A stretch of DNA of 60,863 nucleotides, filler included, from Bipalium vagum (taxonomy: Eukaryota): the NCBI GenBank assembly GCA_037834085.1. It is 3 parts of 3 records of this genome, joined end to end, with 100 filler letters (N's around TTAATTAATTAA, not from the genome) between each part and the next. Parts side by side here need not be neighbours in the genome. Positions count along the whole stretch, not along the records: positions 1 to 26,343 come from JBBMKC010152564.1; 2 more parts are not named here. The stretch is one strand, 5' to 3'. Under the pieces are notes generated by a model. It saw only the letters and a list, made by a program, of their open reading frames with translations, was not told where the DNA came from and ran no database searches. How positions within the stretch are numbered: the stretch's first letter is position 1; each line of letters opens with the position of its first letter. Positions 1 to 14,191 of this stretch are shown in pieces. The translations under genes were made by a program, and so were the position numbers.

Positions 1-66
1 ACAGTAAAGTAAAGAATCACAAGTGACAGTATAATAACAGTAAAGTAAAGAATCACAAGTGACAAT
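1..66. repeat. 36-bp tandem duplication
   Basis: ACAGTAAAGTAAAGAATCACAAGTGACA occurs at 1 and 37. Confidence 0.85.
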
Positions 67-1205
67 AAAGTTTTATGGCTGATTTAGGATTTGGAATTTG
101 ACTCTGTCGCAGGGTTCGGTTGAGTTGATCCACTTGGTTTTGTTTGTTTTGATTGAGCTGTAGGGTTTGTTGAACGTAGTCTCCACATAAGGAAATAGTA
201 TGCTCATTGAGTCCCATTTTTCAGATGTTAACCACAGAAGGAAGTGAAAAATCAACCCAAATGCATCAGAAAAACCCGAAAAGCATAACTACAGATCTAC
301 ATTATTATTTATAAGATTATTGTTTTCCATTCGTACATGTTTATTGAGGTTCACACTAGTTTCTTCACCATTATAATAAGCTTATTCAACAATATTTTAT
401 TCAATCATAGTTTTTTTTATTTAAATTTGTAATATTTATTTGTTTTGTATCATATACGCCTTTGTATATTTTTTTGCAGTCCCAAATCATAAAATATTAG
501 ATTAACTGTTCTATATGAAATTCAACTTTAGAATTTAAGGAAATTGTCAATTAAACAGGATCTATTTCTAATGCAATAACAGAACCTTTCATTCAAATTT
601 TTTTGTGCCCTCAAGTCTTATTTAATCTCGTTAATTTATGTATTTAGTGTGAAACGTATGTTAATTTTTTAATATATCTTCGAACTGAGGTTTGTAATTT
701 TAGTTATTTTTTATTATAATAGAAAGTCATTTTCAACCGACAGATGATAAGGTTTAAAATAATTTATTCTGAGTACAAAAATCACAAAAAAGATTACAAT
801 CGGGATGATATTGGTAATGAAAAATATGATAATAAATTATAATCAAATAGTTTTGAAAATACAAATTGTTTAACTATTGATTTTTTAATTTTTCTGATTT
901 TCCAAAATTAAATATGTTTAGCGTCAGTATTAAAATATGAAATTTTATTAAAAACATGAATCCCAAAGGTATTCTAAAATCTCTGAAATAATTTAGGTGT
1001 TACATTAATCAATATTCACTTATTTGAAACAATAATTTACAAATATTTCTTTTAATAATCAAATGAGTTCTGAAATTAGCAAAACTTTGAATATATCGTG
1101 TTTTTTCAGCGGGTATTTAAATTTTTGTAATTTTTATTTATTATTTATTTATTAAATTTTGACAATGAACAATTAATTTAATGAGCAATTTAGGAAGAGC
1201 ATTCT

Positions 1206-4200
1206 ATGTCATTAGAAAGTTTGCAAGATAAATGTGGTGTGTTTGGCTGTGTGGTTGTTAATAACCAACTATCAGATTTAGAAACTGCTAATATTATTTC
1301 AATGGGATTAGTCGGTTTACAACATAGAGGTCAGGAAAGTGCAGGAATTGTAACATCAAGAGGAGAGGAGTCATTATACCACCATAGAGGGATGGGATTA
1401 GTAAATCAGTTATTTGATGTAGAAACATTAAGCAAATTATATGGAAATATTGGAATTGGTCATACACGATATAGTACAGTTGGAGCTTCTGAACGAACAA
1501 ACTGCCAACCGTTTATTGTTGAATCTACGTATGGACAGTTTGCTGTTGCTCATAACGGTGAATTGGTTAATGGCAATGTATTAAAAAAATTGATTCTGCA
1601 AAGAGGTATTGGGCTTTCCTCCGGAACTGATAGTGAAGTTATAACACAAATTTTGTGTCAAACACCAAAATGTGGTGAACCTCACGGTGTAAATTGGCCA
1701 AGTAGGATAAAACAATTAATGGTTCAAACCCAATTATCGTATTCATTGGTGATATTAAGTGGAGTAATTCATATTTTTCTTTGGTATCCATTGATTTTTT
1801 TAATTGATTCAGGATAAAATCTATGCCGTTCGTGATCCTTATGGAAATAGACCTCTGTGTTTAGGATATTTATCTAGTCCCAATTATAAATCATCTAATT
1901 CATTAAAAGGCATGATTGTAGAGTCCTACCACAAATATGACGGATATGTAGTTTCATCTGAGTCATGTGTTTTCGGTTCAATAGGAGCAGAGTTATATAG
2001 AGAAGTTCTTCCGGGTAAGCTACACTTAAGATATATTTATAAGAATATATTTTATATAACTGTTATTTATTTCGGTAATCCTATATTTTATTGGCGCCAA
2101 AGTAAGTCAATAGCTTAATATTAAAAATACTATATATAAAGTATAGGATTACCAAAAGATGTTTAAATTAAGTTTCTTAAATTTAACTGACAGAAATTGA
2201 AATATAATTTAAGAGAGATTAGGATTTCTAATAGAAATAAATGGTAATACTATACTATCTTTAAATTTAAAGCATTTTCAGCTAAGCTTTAAATATAAAT
2301 TATTTTTTACTGTTTAATTATGAAACTAGATCTATAATATTTTTGTGAAAAAATCATTTTGATCTATTATTCTAATAATTCAACATCTTGGTCTAATATA
2401 ATAAGAAACAATTTTTCATTGGATTCAATTAAAAAAACCTCAGTTTTCAAATGTGTTCAATTTGAAGATAAAGTCTTCATCATATGTCTTGGTAAACAAT
2501 AGTATTGGTTTCTGTTTGATGTCAGACATTTTTTGAAAATTCTAAATTTTGAATTTAGGCATGATTTATTTGACTTTTATTGATTTTTTCCGAAACGATC
2601 ACAAACTTTTTTGCGCAGGAAACTTTTATTAATCATGGCTAAATTTCCCGATGGACAGGAAATCTCGAGATTTTGATTGAGCGTTTATTCTGGGTTTCGT
2701 TTAATCTTGATTAAATTTCTTGGCAAGACGATCGGGATTGATCTGAGTTTACTGTCTTCAATATATGATTTACTAATTGAACACGGTTAGACAGAAAACC
2801 TTCTGCAGACATTTTTTTTCAAAATTATAGAATCGAAATCAAATTTTACTACAAAAAATGAGACTTGGGGTGTAGAAAGAGTTTTTCTCACAAATATATA
2901 TTAATATTATTTTTTAGCAGAGTTAATCTAACTATCAATAGTTAAAATAAACAAATAAGATTTTGTGTGATTGAAAAGTATGTTCTAAAAATCTTCGAAA
3001 ATAATTATTCCGCTGAAATTACGAAGCAAAGTTCGCGTTGAAATGATACTTTATTAATAAATGTAACAATATTAGTGCAAAGAAATTGGATTCTATTGAG
3101 ATACAAGTTTCCAAGTCAAATTTTCGATAGATCGTGTTGAATTTGTTATTTGAAATCTGAATTTTCAGTTTTTATTTATTATTCTTTAACAATTGTGTGG
3201 CTTTAAAGAATAATCTAATGAGTTTCTTAAGATTTTTTTTAATTATGTCACCTTAATATTGGCAGTAATGAAAGGTGAATTTATTTTGAGACTTCAATCT
3301 ATGTATACCTATATCAATTTCAATTGAAAATATATCATGAAACGAAATAATTGTCGTTTTTCGATCTTTAATTTTTATGGAATATTTTAAATGGTTTATA
3401 GATGATCCATACATCATATATCTAATATTAATGATATTATTAAATATGGATATTATTTAAAAAAATTAATAATCAAAATTAAATTCTTAAATTCTTAAAT
3501 TAATTATTTTAAATCTTTGATTAAAATTTTATAAAGTAATTTTCTAATTATTATTAAATGATGATGATTATTATTATCTTATTAGGAACATTGATATAAT
3601 ATTGAATATAATAACTTTAAAGACATTTAATTTACAAACAATTTAAGAACTTATTTATAACAAACAAATGTATAAATTCAAAATTTAAATTTCAGAAAAT
3701 CAGTTTTTCAAACTTATTAATAATCAATAATTATCAAGAATTTTCTTTGAATTTTTAAATTCTAAAAATTATATAAACCTATATTTATTCGTGAAAATTA
3801 TAATCAGTTTATTTTATGCACCTTGTTCTGATCATTTAATAGCTATAAATTTCAAATATATATGTATGTTTTTAAATTTTTATGTTGATCTCTTTAATAA
3901 ATGTTGACTATCATCAGCTGATCGTATTATGGGATTCCTTTCGAAAGAAACGTTCAGAAAAATATTAGCTTTTGTTTCGTCATGGAAATATAAAACCTTT
4001 TAGTACTGAAAAAGGAATACCAAAACCATATTGCGTCTTTCTGTCACGCTCACCTAAATTTCGCTTTTTTCACAAGATTGCTATTTATTTTGTTTTCTGC
4101 AAAAATTTAGTGGAAAAAAATGTATCTGGAAATTAAATTGATTAATGACATTTTGTGGAAATTGCTAAAAAATAAAAATGTCAATGTTGTGAAATAAAAG

Positions 4201-6883
4201 CTTCTGCTAAGGTTAGAATTGATTTTAATTTCTTAGTAGAAAATCAAAAATTTTTAGAACAATCCTATAAAATGAGAACATTAAAAAAAATATTTTCCGG
4301 TGTTTATTGATTAGCTTATTTTTAAAAACTTAAAATTTAGTTTGGGTTTTTCATCAAAACTTATTATGAAAATTATAAATTTATAAAGATATTTAAATAC
4401 AATCATCTATCTTTATAGTTTTTATGTTTGATCAATTTTCTTATGTATAATTAACTGCATTGCTTAAGAATAGATTGTTCATGAAATTTTCTTCTATTAT
4501 TATTAAAATCTTTGTAAATTTATATAAAGGAGAAATAGTTGAAATCGATCGAAATGGCTTCAAATCGTGTGGTATAGTGCCAAGAAATTATGGATCTCCT
4601 GCTCTATGTATTTTTGAGTATATATACTTTTGTCGATCAGATACTATTTTGGAAGGACAGCAAGTCAATTTCGTTAGATTTCGATGTGGTGAACAGTTGG
4701 CAAGAGAAGGTCGCATTGATGCTGATATAGTGTCAGGAGTTCCTGAAAGTGCTACTGCGGCAGCCTTGGGATTTTCAAAGGTAAAAGATTTTTTTTAGAT
4801 ATTTTAATGTCGATGCGGATGTAAATCCTCTTAGTATTTTTCAATACAGAAATACAATTCACTAGTTTATAGTTCACCAGGTAAGAAGCTTTACGATGGT
4901 TTTAAAGTAAGATGTTTTTTACTCATGTTACGGTTGGTGCTTCTTTTCTATTTCATTATTCTATTTTAAAGCCGAAATGCTGAGCTTTTATAAAAGCAAA
5001 ATATATATGGATTATTTTATATTTTTTGCTGATTTATTTATTTGGTTTTCTTTTTTCAAAGTTACATCTTCAAATATCAATTCAATTTTTAAGAAATTAT
5101 TTTTATAAATTTAATCTTTTGATATAGAAATTTTAAATTTTTCTTTGAAAATCAATACTGTCATCATTTTAACTCTATCTAATTTTATGTCGATTTTCCT
5201 ATAAGTATTTTCATCTGTAAAAAATTGTAAAAATAAATGAATCTATGAATTTGGAAACTGCTTTTATAAGTGAAAGTAGTTATTGAAACATTGTATAGTG
5301 TAACGAAACATACATGGTTGACAAGCAATATTTAGATTTTAATACTGTGTTATCACTATTATTTGACTTTATAAGTCAGAATTAAACGTAAAATATATTT
5401 CACAAAAGATTGTTGAAAAATTGGAAAAAAGTGCTGTACTATTATTTAATATTTAAGAAGATTAATTAAATTTATTTATTTTTATTTAATTACGATATTA
5501 ATTTATTATTTATCTTAATTTAATTAATTTTAAATGTACACAATTATAATTAATAATAATACATTAATTATTTTAGTTTTAATAATATCCATACAAGTGC
5601 AGTGCAATCTTATGGGCAATAACTCACGCAAGCAATAAAATAATTTGTATTATTTTCAACAAAATAAAACTACACAATAAATGTCAATAATATTCTCAAT
5701 TGATACACGATCAATCAAAAATTAGTTAATAATTTTTAAGTCATAATTCAATGTATCAGAAATATGTCACTAAGTTTCATTCCACCTTTGATCAATTGTT
5801 TACTAAAATGATAATTCACAATATAATCCTTGTTAAAATAATAATACTATTAAAAAAATTCCATATCTGGCCTTTTCTTGTTGGGAATCTGGGAACCCAT
5901 TGAACTAAATAGGAGACATACGTATCTTCTTCAGAAAATTAGACTGTATAAGTACTAAACTATTTACAGCTGTTTAATTTATAAACTCTATTCACAACTG
6001 ATACTCTTCAGGTCTTTTTTATTATATTAATATTTGTATATATATTAATGATATTTAATAATATTAGTTTTAATATTTGTATAGTATATTTTTGGCTATA
6101 ATATAGCATCTCAATTTTTTGCCTGGACTATATGTGCTTCACAATGGACCAAAAAAAATTATTTTTAAAATTTTAGGCTGAAAAATGAATTATTGTTTTG
6201 AAATTAGGTACAATTATTTTCTGAAAGATAATAAGTGTATAGATAAATATTAAAATCTTTTTTTGATTAAAGTCTTATAAAATATATTAAGATATCTTTT
6301 TTTCCATTTTTCCGAGTAGTGTAAATAACTGATTTTATTATTTTTTAGCAATCTGGCATAGATTTCGTTGAAATTCTCACCAGAAATCGATATGTTGGCA
6401 GAACATTTATACAGCCCAAACATCTTCGACAAATTGGAGTTATAAAAAAGTTTGGATTTTTGCAGGAAAATTTTTTTGGAAAACGAGTTGTTTTAATTGA
6501 TGACAGTATTGTTCGAGGAAACACGATCGCACCGTTGGTTAGTGAACTGAAGAGATTCGGAGCAAAAGAAGTAATTTTCAAGCTCTACTGGCCTTAAATT
6601 GTTGAGCTTATGATTTTAGGTCCATTTGCGAATTGCCTCTCCACCAATTAAACATCCCTGTTACATGGGGATCAATATACCCAATGAAGATGAATTAATA
6701 TTTAACAGTGTGGGCAGTGCTGAGAAATTGGCAGTAGAACTTGGTGCTGATAGTCTTCAGTATCTGTCGGTGGAAGGATTGCATAAAGCTGTAAACGAGG
6801 GCATCAAAAACAAAATCCCAGAAGATATTGGTCATTGCAATGCATGTCTTACAGGAAAATATCCGATTTTACCAGAATTTTAA
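1206..6883 (+). CDS. PPAT: Amidophosphoribosyltransferase (glutamine PRPP amidotransferase); exons 1206-1763, 1813-2014, 4530-4780, 6349-6570, 6620-6883
   Basis: Propeptide followed by CGVFG; [64 protein letters not shown] (PRT motif), [13 protein letters not shown]. All joins are GT-AG and in phase. AATAAA at 7021. Confidence 0.96.
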
Positions 6884-7146
6884 AGATTTAGAAATTGCTC
6901 AAATCTATCCTGACTTTTTTATGGAATTATTATTATTATTATTACCCTTAATTATTTGTAAACATTTTTAGTATTTCTATGATTTGTCGAATGTACCTTG
7001 ATTTTTTATCATTTTTATGCAATAAAGATTTCAGTTTGAGTTTATTTCCATTACATTTCTATAATTGATATTTTTGTTTAAATGCTCACATAATTTAAAT
7101 GCTCTCATTATTTGTCATTAATTTTTAAAATTAATTTGATTTTTAG

Positions 7147-10100
7147 ATTAAGGGAAAATATTCTATTTTCACAAGTCTTGTCTATCGGTCTTTGACATCA
7201 CCGATTGGAAAAAGCTCAACGATTTGCACTTGTGCAATGCAAGTGCTTTGTTACAAGGTAATTTTTATCTATCATTAAATCATTATTTTTATTTGATGTT
7301 ATTTTAATAATACAATTAAGTTAGTACAATAATAATAAATATTCAGTGACACATTACAACCAAAAAAATCCAATGTCAACAGTGTTGTTATATGAGAAGA
7401 GAACTCTGAACCATTTTCTTAGTATTTTTCTTTTTTAAGCTATTAAGGATTTTTGGCAATTCTTACACAAGATTGATTTTTCATAATGTATTTCCCTCTG
7501 AAATAAGTCTGCGTTGTTTCTAATGAGATCAGATAAGTATTTTATAAATGATTTAATGTTTTTTGAATAGTTAATGGCGTAATCATTTCCCATTTTCTGA
7601 ACTTAAGCAATGAAATAAAGATAAGAACAGTTCCAGGTTTTCCTCGAGGTCTATTGCTTTGAATAGTCTTTCTGTTGCCAGAATTTTGGAATTTGATATT
7701 GAATTACCAACTCCTTTTCGCTGTAACTGTTGTATTATAAATAATTATTGTAAACTCATTGAATTTTCAAAATTATTTTATTTTCTGATTTATAATTGAA
7801 TTTTTTAATATTTATTGAATTTTGAAAAGTGAACACACGTGTTTGGATATATGTAATATAATAATTTTTTAATATAATAATAATATAAAATATCATAATT
7901 CAAAATTATAGTAATAATATTTTTAGTTATCACAACGAGTTGGTTCTTAATTTATTTTTATGGTTTTTTAAAAATATCTTTTATTTGTTTAAAATAAAAT
8001 TTTAAAATGACCAAAAAACAGATTATATATAATCAATAAATTGATTATCCTGATTTCAGAAGTGTAATATAGTCGTAAAATTAGAAATAAAAAATAAAAA
8101 AATTTTAGTTTGTGAAAGTCAAAAGAAGAATAAGGATTTAAACATTCGTTTGTGATATAATTTTTTGTACTATAATTTTGTTATTTATTTGTTATCAAGG
8201 TATTGTTCAGGACTTCGGATAAGATTGGAAATCTATGTGAAACTCTATTGGTTCAGTAATGATCAACAAAATAGCATTTCATAGTAATAGTTAATCAATA
8301 AACTGTATTTTGAATTTTTGAAAAAATGTTTATTTCTAAAATATCTTAATAAAGATCGAAGAGAAAGAAATTTACCAGTAAGTTTCGATTTTTACAAAAT
8401 TCACCCATAGTAGAATTTTAGATTTGATAAAATCTAACTGACATCAAATTCATTTCCAAATTAAAAATAGTAAAACATTCGAAAATCGATGAGTATTGAT
8501 ACTCCGTTAGAGAAAATTACATTAAGTAAATAAAATTTTTACACAATATAATTTTATTTATATAGGTAAATTGATACTAAATTTGGTTTACTATGAGGTC
8601 GTTCCATAAGTTTTTACAGTAAAAATACTTAGCATATAAATGTATTTTATAAACAAACAGGGATACTTTAATGTCCACAGTTATCAAATATGGTCTACCA
8701 GCGTTCAGGTAGTAGTTCGATTCGATGTTGGAAGAAGTTTTGGTGCGTTTTGGCAAAATATGCGAAGATAATATTTTTTTCTCATCTTAGGCACTGAAAA
8801 CCTTTCTCTCCAAAAAGTGATGATAATTTGCACAGATGATAATTTTTCGGTATCATATCTGGACTGTATAGTGAATGAGGAAGGATTTTCCAGCAAAACT
8901 CTTTCAGCTTACTTCTGGTTGTTTTAGATGTTACGTTTTGCGTTATCATGTTGCAAAATAACGCTTTTTCGATTGAGGAGAGGATCTCCATCTTGTCAAC
9001 CTATCAAGTAGTCGGTCTAATTGGTTACAATAGAATTCACTTTTACTAGTTTTACCCATATCCAGAAGCTCCAAATATATTATATACTATACAGAGAGAA
9101 AATATTTTTTCGGATAAAGATCCGATTTAGGTGTTGGAATCGATTGTTGACTTAACTTATGTTTTCATTTAAAAGTGAAAATTTTGAAATGAGTGTTGAT
9201 GAAGTACGATTTTAAAGTGTTAAGATTTGTTGTAATGAAGGGAATAAATAGCGATCATATAATTGTAGAAATGCTTTTTTTTCCAAAAAGACTGCTAATC
9301 CCAACGAACAATATATCGTTAGTATGATGATTTTCTAAATAGTATGACATCGGTTTTTGATGAATAGGAAAGACGAACTCCTAAAATCAATGGTAAAATA
9401 ATTGAAAGCTAATATAAATTGTGCAAACCGAGCTGAAAATGACCACTTATTGAGTTGATATCACGACCAAATGTGAGTAAAAGTACTTTTTATTCACTCC
9501 TTACATCTTGTGCTCGAAATGTTCTCGATTTGTATCGCGCTTTTTGAATGCTGAAATGCGGTTATATAATTTTGATATTTGTCATTTGAGAAAGTGTTCA
9601 TGTTGGTTGTATGCTTATTTTCGAAATATAATAAGTTTTATATCTTTAAGTATATAAAGTATATGTATTTCTATACGAGTGACAACGCTTATTGGACGAA
9701 CAATGTATATCATATTGACACAGTAAAAATCATGCATTTGTTTTTGAAATTGATTAAATCTCATTTGTGCTACATTTTCTCTTCAATTTATTCAGATTGT
9801 AGATTGTATTTTGTCAATTATGAAAAGTTCTTTAATATCATATTATGTTGACAGCTGCGAACAAATTTCAGAGCACCATCGAAAGATAAATATAAGAAAA
9901 AAGTTGTCATATGGAAAGGTATGAAAATCAGGGAATTGGCTCAATCATTGGAAATGAAACCTCAAGACGTGATGGAGGCGATTTGTAGAGTGCTCAAAGC
10001 TGAACAAAGACTGACATATTCGACAGGTTTTTAATTTGATCATTTTTCAATTTTCGTCTCGATTTTGGAAAAGATTTACTATTTATAAGTCGGCTTTCGT

Positions 10101-13100
10101 CTTTGTAGTAAAAGGTTGATATTGATTGGTGAATAATAAAAAATCTCATTTTTCTTTATCAATTTTAAAGGGTTTCTACTATGTAAGTTTTCTGAAACTT
10201 TCAATAAATCCATGATCTAACTGAATTTTAATGTTTTGACTTGGTTGCTAAGTGAACTTACTTTGATGGAAATCAACGATTGTTCCCAACTTCATCTCTG
10301 TTTTCCTAGTCTGAGATTGTGCATGTCAAAAGCCTATAAGTCGCTCAAATTAATGTTCTAAAGGAAATATATAAAATTTTACTTGGACTTTACTAAAACT
10401 ATTCATAATCGGTCTTTATACTTAAACGGATTTCTTTGTCATCTGATGATTCATTTTCTCAATCTATACATTTCAACTTCCTTCATTATTTGGATCTCTT
10501 TATTCAGTTATACATTATATAAAAATAAAATTTTCAAAAATGTTGAGTTGTAAATTTTTTTTAATAAATTAATTCGATAATTAAGTGGTATTTATTACTT
10601 CAGCATTATGAAACTCATCTAAAATAATATGGGCTTAACAAGTCTTTTCTGATTTATCTCAATACGTAGTAGAAAGATTTGTTGATTTCATTTAAATAAT
10701 TAAATTTTTAAAAAGTTAATTGATTTATGTTATATTATTATTATTATATTATTATCATTATGGTTGTTGTTGATGTTTACGTTATTTAGATTTAGTAATG
10801 TATATTATCAAGTAAAATTATATAAAAATTCAAAGAAAAAAACATTTTTGACAAAAGATTGATAATATTGTTTTCATAAAATGTAATTTATTATTGCAAC
10901 GGCACTATGAAAATATCAGAGTCATGAGAAGTTTAATAGATAAACTTAAAAGAGTTATGGTACATCTTGACGGAATTTTATTTTTTTACACTGTATAAGA
11001 ACAGCATGAAAAATTTAAGTCAGTGAAAAAGTTCTGTTTCTAATCGAAACACAGGGTAAACCATTTAAAGTTTTGAAAGTTCAAAGAATTGAGAAGTATA
11101 TTGAAAAAAATGATGAGCGAATTAAAAATTTCTTGAAAGCGATTATATCACGAGTTATAGTCATAAATTATAAATTAAAAATTGTAGTTATTGATTTTAT
11201 TCGATTTAATCAAAAAAATTGCATTTATTGACTTTATTGACTTTTTGGGGGCCCTAGTCATAATTAAAAATCATATAAATCTTCATAATATTAAAAATTT
11301 AATAATGTAAAGAATAAGATTATAAAGTTTTAATAAATTAACTGTAAAAAATTAAATCAATAAATTAGAATTAACATAATGAATTGAAAATTACATGATT
11401 TGATAAAAATAAAAAAAAATAATAATAAATATACAATATAAATCAATAAACTTAAAAATTAAATATTTAAATAAAATCAACAAATTTTTCTACTGCTACT
11501 ACTACTACTAATAATAAAAACAATAATAAAATATGAAAATTATTATAATTAATTATTTATTGAATTATATTCGTATTATTTATTTTTATATTATATTTTT
11601 TTTCGCGAAAAAAAAGTAAAAAATTTTTCAATTAATGTTTGATTTTTCCAGAACTTAGTGATGTTTCTCTGTTAAGTGATGTGGTTAAAATGTGTGGTGG
11701 AGTAATAAAATTAATGGAGCCTAAATCGGAAGAGGTATTAATCGATAAAGATGTATATCGAAGGTTTTTTAATTATTTTCCTGGACTATTTATTGATAAT
11801 GGTTGTTGGTGATTAGAAATATGTTGGATCATGTGGAAAGATTGAAAAGTCGACCTCCAGTAGTGACAATAATGGGTCATGTTGATCACGGTAAAACCAC
11901 ATTGCTCGACAGTTTGCGGTCAAGTCGCGTTGTTGATTCGGAATTTGGTGGAATAACACAACATATTGGTGCTTTTAAGGTGAGCTTGTCCAATATTTCC
12001 GGGCAGAAGAAGAGCGAAAAAGAAGGGGAGAAAAATCAGTTTGTCACTTTTCTCGATACTCCAGGTCATGCCGCATTTTCTTCCATGCGTTCTCGTGGTG
12101 TAAATTGTACTGATATTGTAGTGTTGGTCATTGCTGCCGAAGATGGAGTGATGGCTCAAACTGAAGAATCGATCAGTCTGGCAATTGAAGCCGAAGTTCC
12201 GATCATTGTAGCAGCGAATAAAGTCGACCGGATTTGGAAAACTATGGAAGAGTTGAATAAATCAAGTCACCAATCGCGTGTTTTTCAATCAATGAAAAGA
12301 AATCTCGCCAGTCACGGGGTAGACGTTGACGAATATCGAGGTGTAAGGAAATTCATTCCGATTTCGGCATTGAAGAAGTGGAACCTTGATGAGCTTCAAA
12401 AATCGATACTCAAGCTGGCCGATGTAATAGATATTAGAGCGGACTTTGAGGGAAATTGTGAAGCGGTGATAATTGAATCTAATATGGCTGACCATTTGGG
12501 TAAAGTGGCAACGGTTCTCGTTCAACAAGGTCAACTGAAAGTGGGATCGATCTTTGTCGCCGGTGACACTTACGTACGAGTGAGAACAATTCAATCCGAC
12601 AAAGGAGACAGAATAAAATATGCACTACCTGGGGATCCCGTTCAAATAACCGGCTGGAAAAGTGCTCTGCCCAAGGCGGGCGACGTTATGATCGAAGTGA
12701 AAACCGAGTCGAAAGCTAACGAAGTTCTTGAATATCGAAAACGGAAAAAAGACAAAATAAAGTCGGACGAGGATTTCGAATGCTTTGAAAAGAGTGTTGC
12801 AGATTATCGGAAAAGTTATAAATCTTTTATTGAAACGGGACACAGACGGGGCATTCGCTTTGGGAAAGATAAACCGAAATTGGAAGACTTTCTAAACAGG
12901 GACAAAATGAAAAACGGAGTGGAAATTCCCCAAATCAATATAATCGTCAAGACGGATGTCTATGGAAGTCTGGACGCTTTTCAAGACGTTTTTGAAACTC
13001 TGTCCCAATCATGCAGTGATCAGTGCACAATAAAACTGGTTCATGGTGACGTGGGTCATATCACAGATAACGATATTGATTTGGCACAGACTTCGAAATC

Positions 13101-13650
13101 AATAATTTACACTTTCAACCTTCCCAATGGTCAGGTCCAGGGTCTATCAGAAGAAATTAGAAAAAAATTGGATATTCGTTACTTCAATCTTCTCCACGAA
13201 CTATTGGATGATTTGAAAAAAACAGTCACGGAAAAATTACCAAAATTGACACACCGTGACGTTTTGGGTGAGGGGACCGTTCTCAAAATGTTCGACATCA
13301 AAGAAAAATCGAAAGTCATTCCCGTGTGCGGCACGAAATGCACTGATGGGCACTTGTACAGAAATCTTGAGGATTGTCGATATCAGATCTTGAGACCGGA
13401 AAAGGGCAGTGTCGAATCGTCTTCTTCCTCTTCTAGAGCGCCTACTGTTGTGATCAAATCTAATTTGGTGTGTAAAAATTTGCGGCATTTGAAAACCGAT
13501 GTGGATAGCATTCGCAAGGGCACAGAGTGTGGAATCACTTTGGTTGATGAAAATAAAGCCCCTTTCTCGGCCGAGGTAGGCGACATTGTTCAGTGTTACA
13601 AACTCGTGACAAAATCCCAAGAGCTGATTTGGAATTTAGGATTTCAGTAG
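7147..13650 (+). CDS. MTIF2: Mitochondrial translation initiation factor IF-2; exons 7147-7257 (putative, no ATG), 9855-10026, 11652-11763, 11817-13650
   Basis: RPPVVTIMGHVDHGKTTLLD, GGITQHIGAF, FLDTPGHAAF, NKVD, PISAL, LRHLKTDV...GTECGI. Exon 9855 encodes the IF2 N-domain-like VVIWKGMKIRELAQSL. Exon phases match. Exon 7147-7257 is S/T/R/K-rich with no acidic residues (transit-peptide-like) and is the least certain. Confidence 0.93.
7380..7720 (-). mobile_element. Tc1-like transposase N-terminal remnant
   Basis: Eroded reading ..KFQNSG..RPRGKP..LRKWFRVLFSY resembles the Tc1 GRP and WxxVLFSDE regions; many stops. Confidence 0.35.
8592..9200 (-). mobile_element. Degenerate mariner element
   Basis: WKILPHSLYSPDMIPKNYHL (HxxYSPDLAP-like). 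TIR-like TATGAGGTCGTTCCATAAG at 8592. Confidence 0.75.
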
Positions 13651-14191
13651 AGTTCATTTGAGAAAATAAACCGTTTGTGTATTGATTAAAGTGATATTTT
13701 GTAAAAATACAAAAGCAGCTTGTTTTCACTATTGGTTTTCAATCATTTTTTTAAAGTTGACATTGTGAAGATAAACGTTGCTAAATTAGTAAATTTGGTA
13801 AAAATGCATTTGAACTTGAGCAGAGATTGATCTTTGCAGGAAAAAGTTTTTTCAAAAGGTCAGTTGTTACACTTGTCATATATACTGATATATTTTGTAG
13901 TTTATTCAAAAGGTGTAAAGTTTAAAATTTTAACTACAGTGATCTTTGTAAATATACTCAAAGTCTACAACATTTATTAATGAAAATTTTGTAAACTGTC
14001 GTTTCACCAAGATCATTCAAATCATTTGAACTAAAATTATTTGCTTCTTCCAATTTATCATTTTTTTATCAACATTTGGCATCGGGAAAGCTGATCTTTC
14101 AGTCACCGCATTCAATTGTCTGACGTCCAAACAAAGTCGCACATTCTTTTTAATTTTCTTCCACAAGAATATCAGAGAAATACATTGAGTC

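Noticed and set aside
1206-13650. Bacterial purF-infB horizontal transfer or contamination
   Set aside because: Both genes have spliceosomal introns and animal-type sequence features.
11920-13729. Minus-strand ORFs overlapping IF2
   Set aside because: Shadow ORFs of a real coding exon with no motifs.
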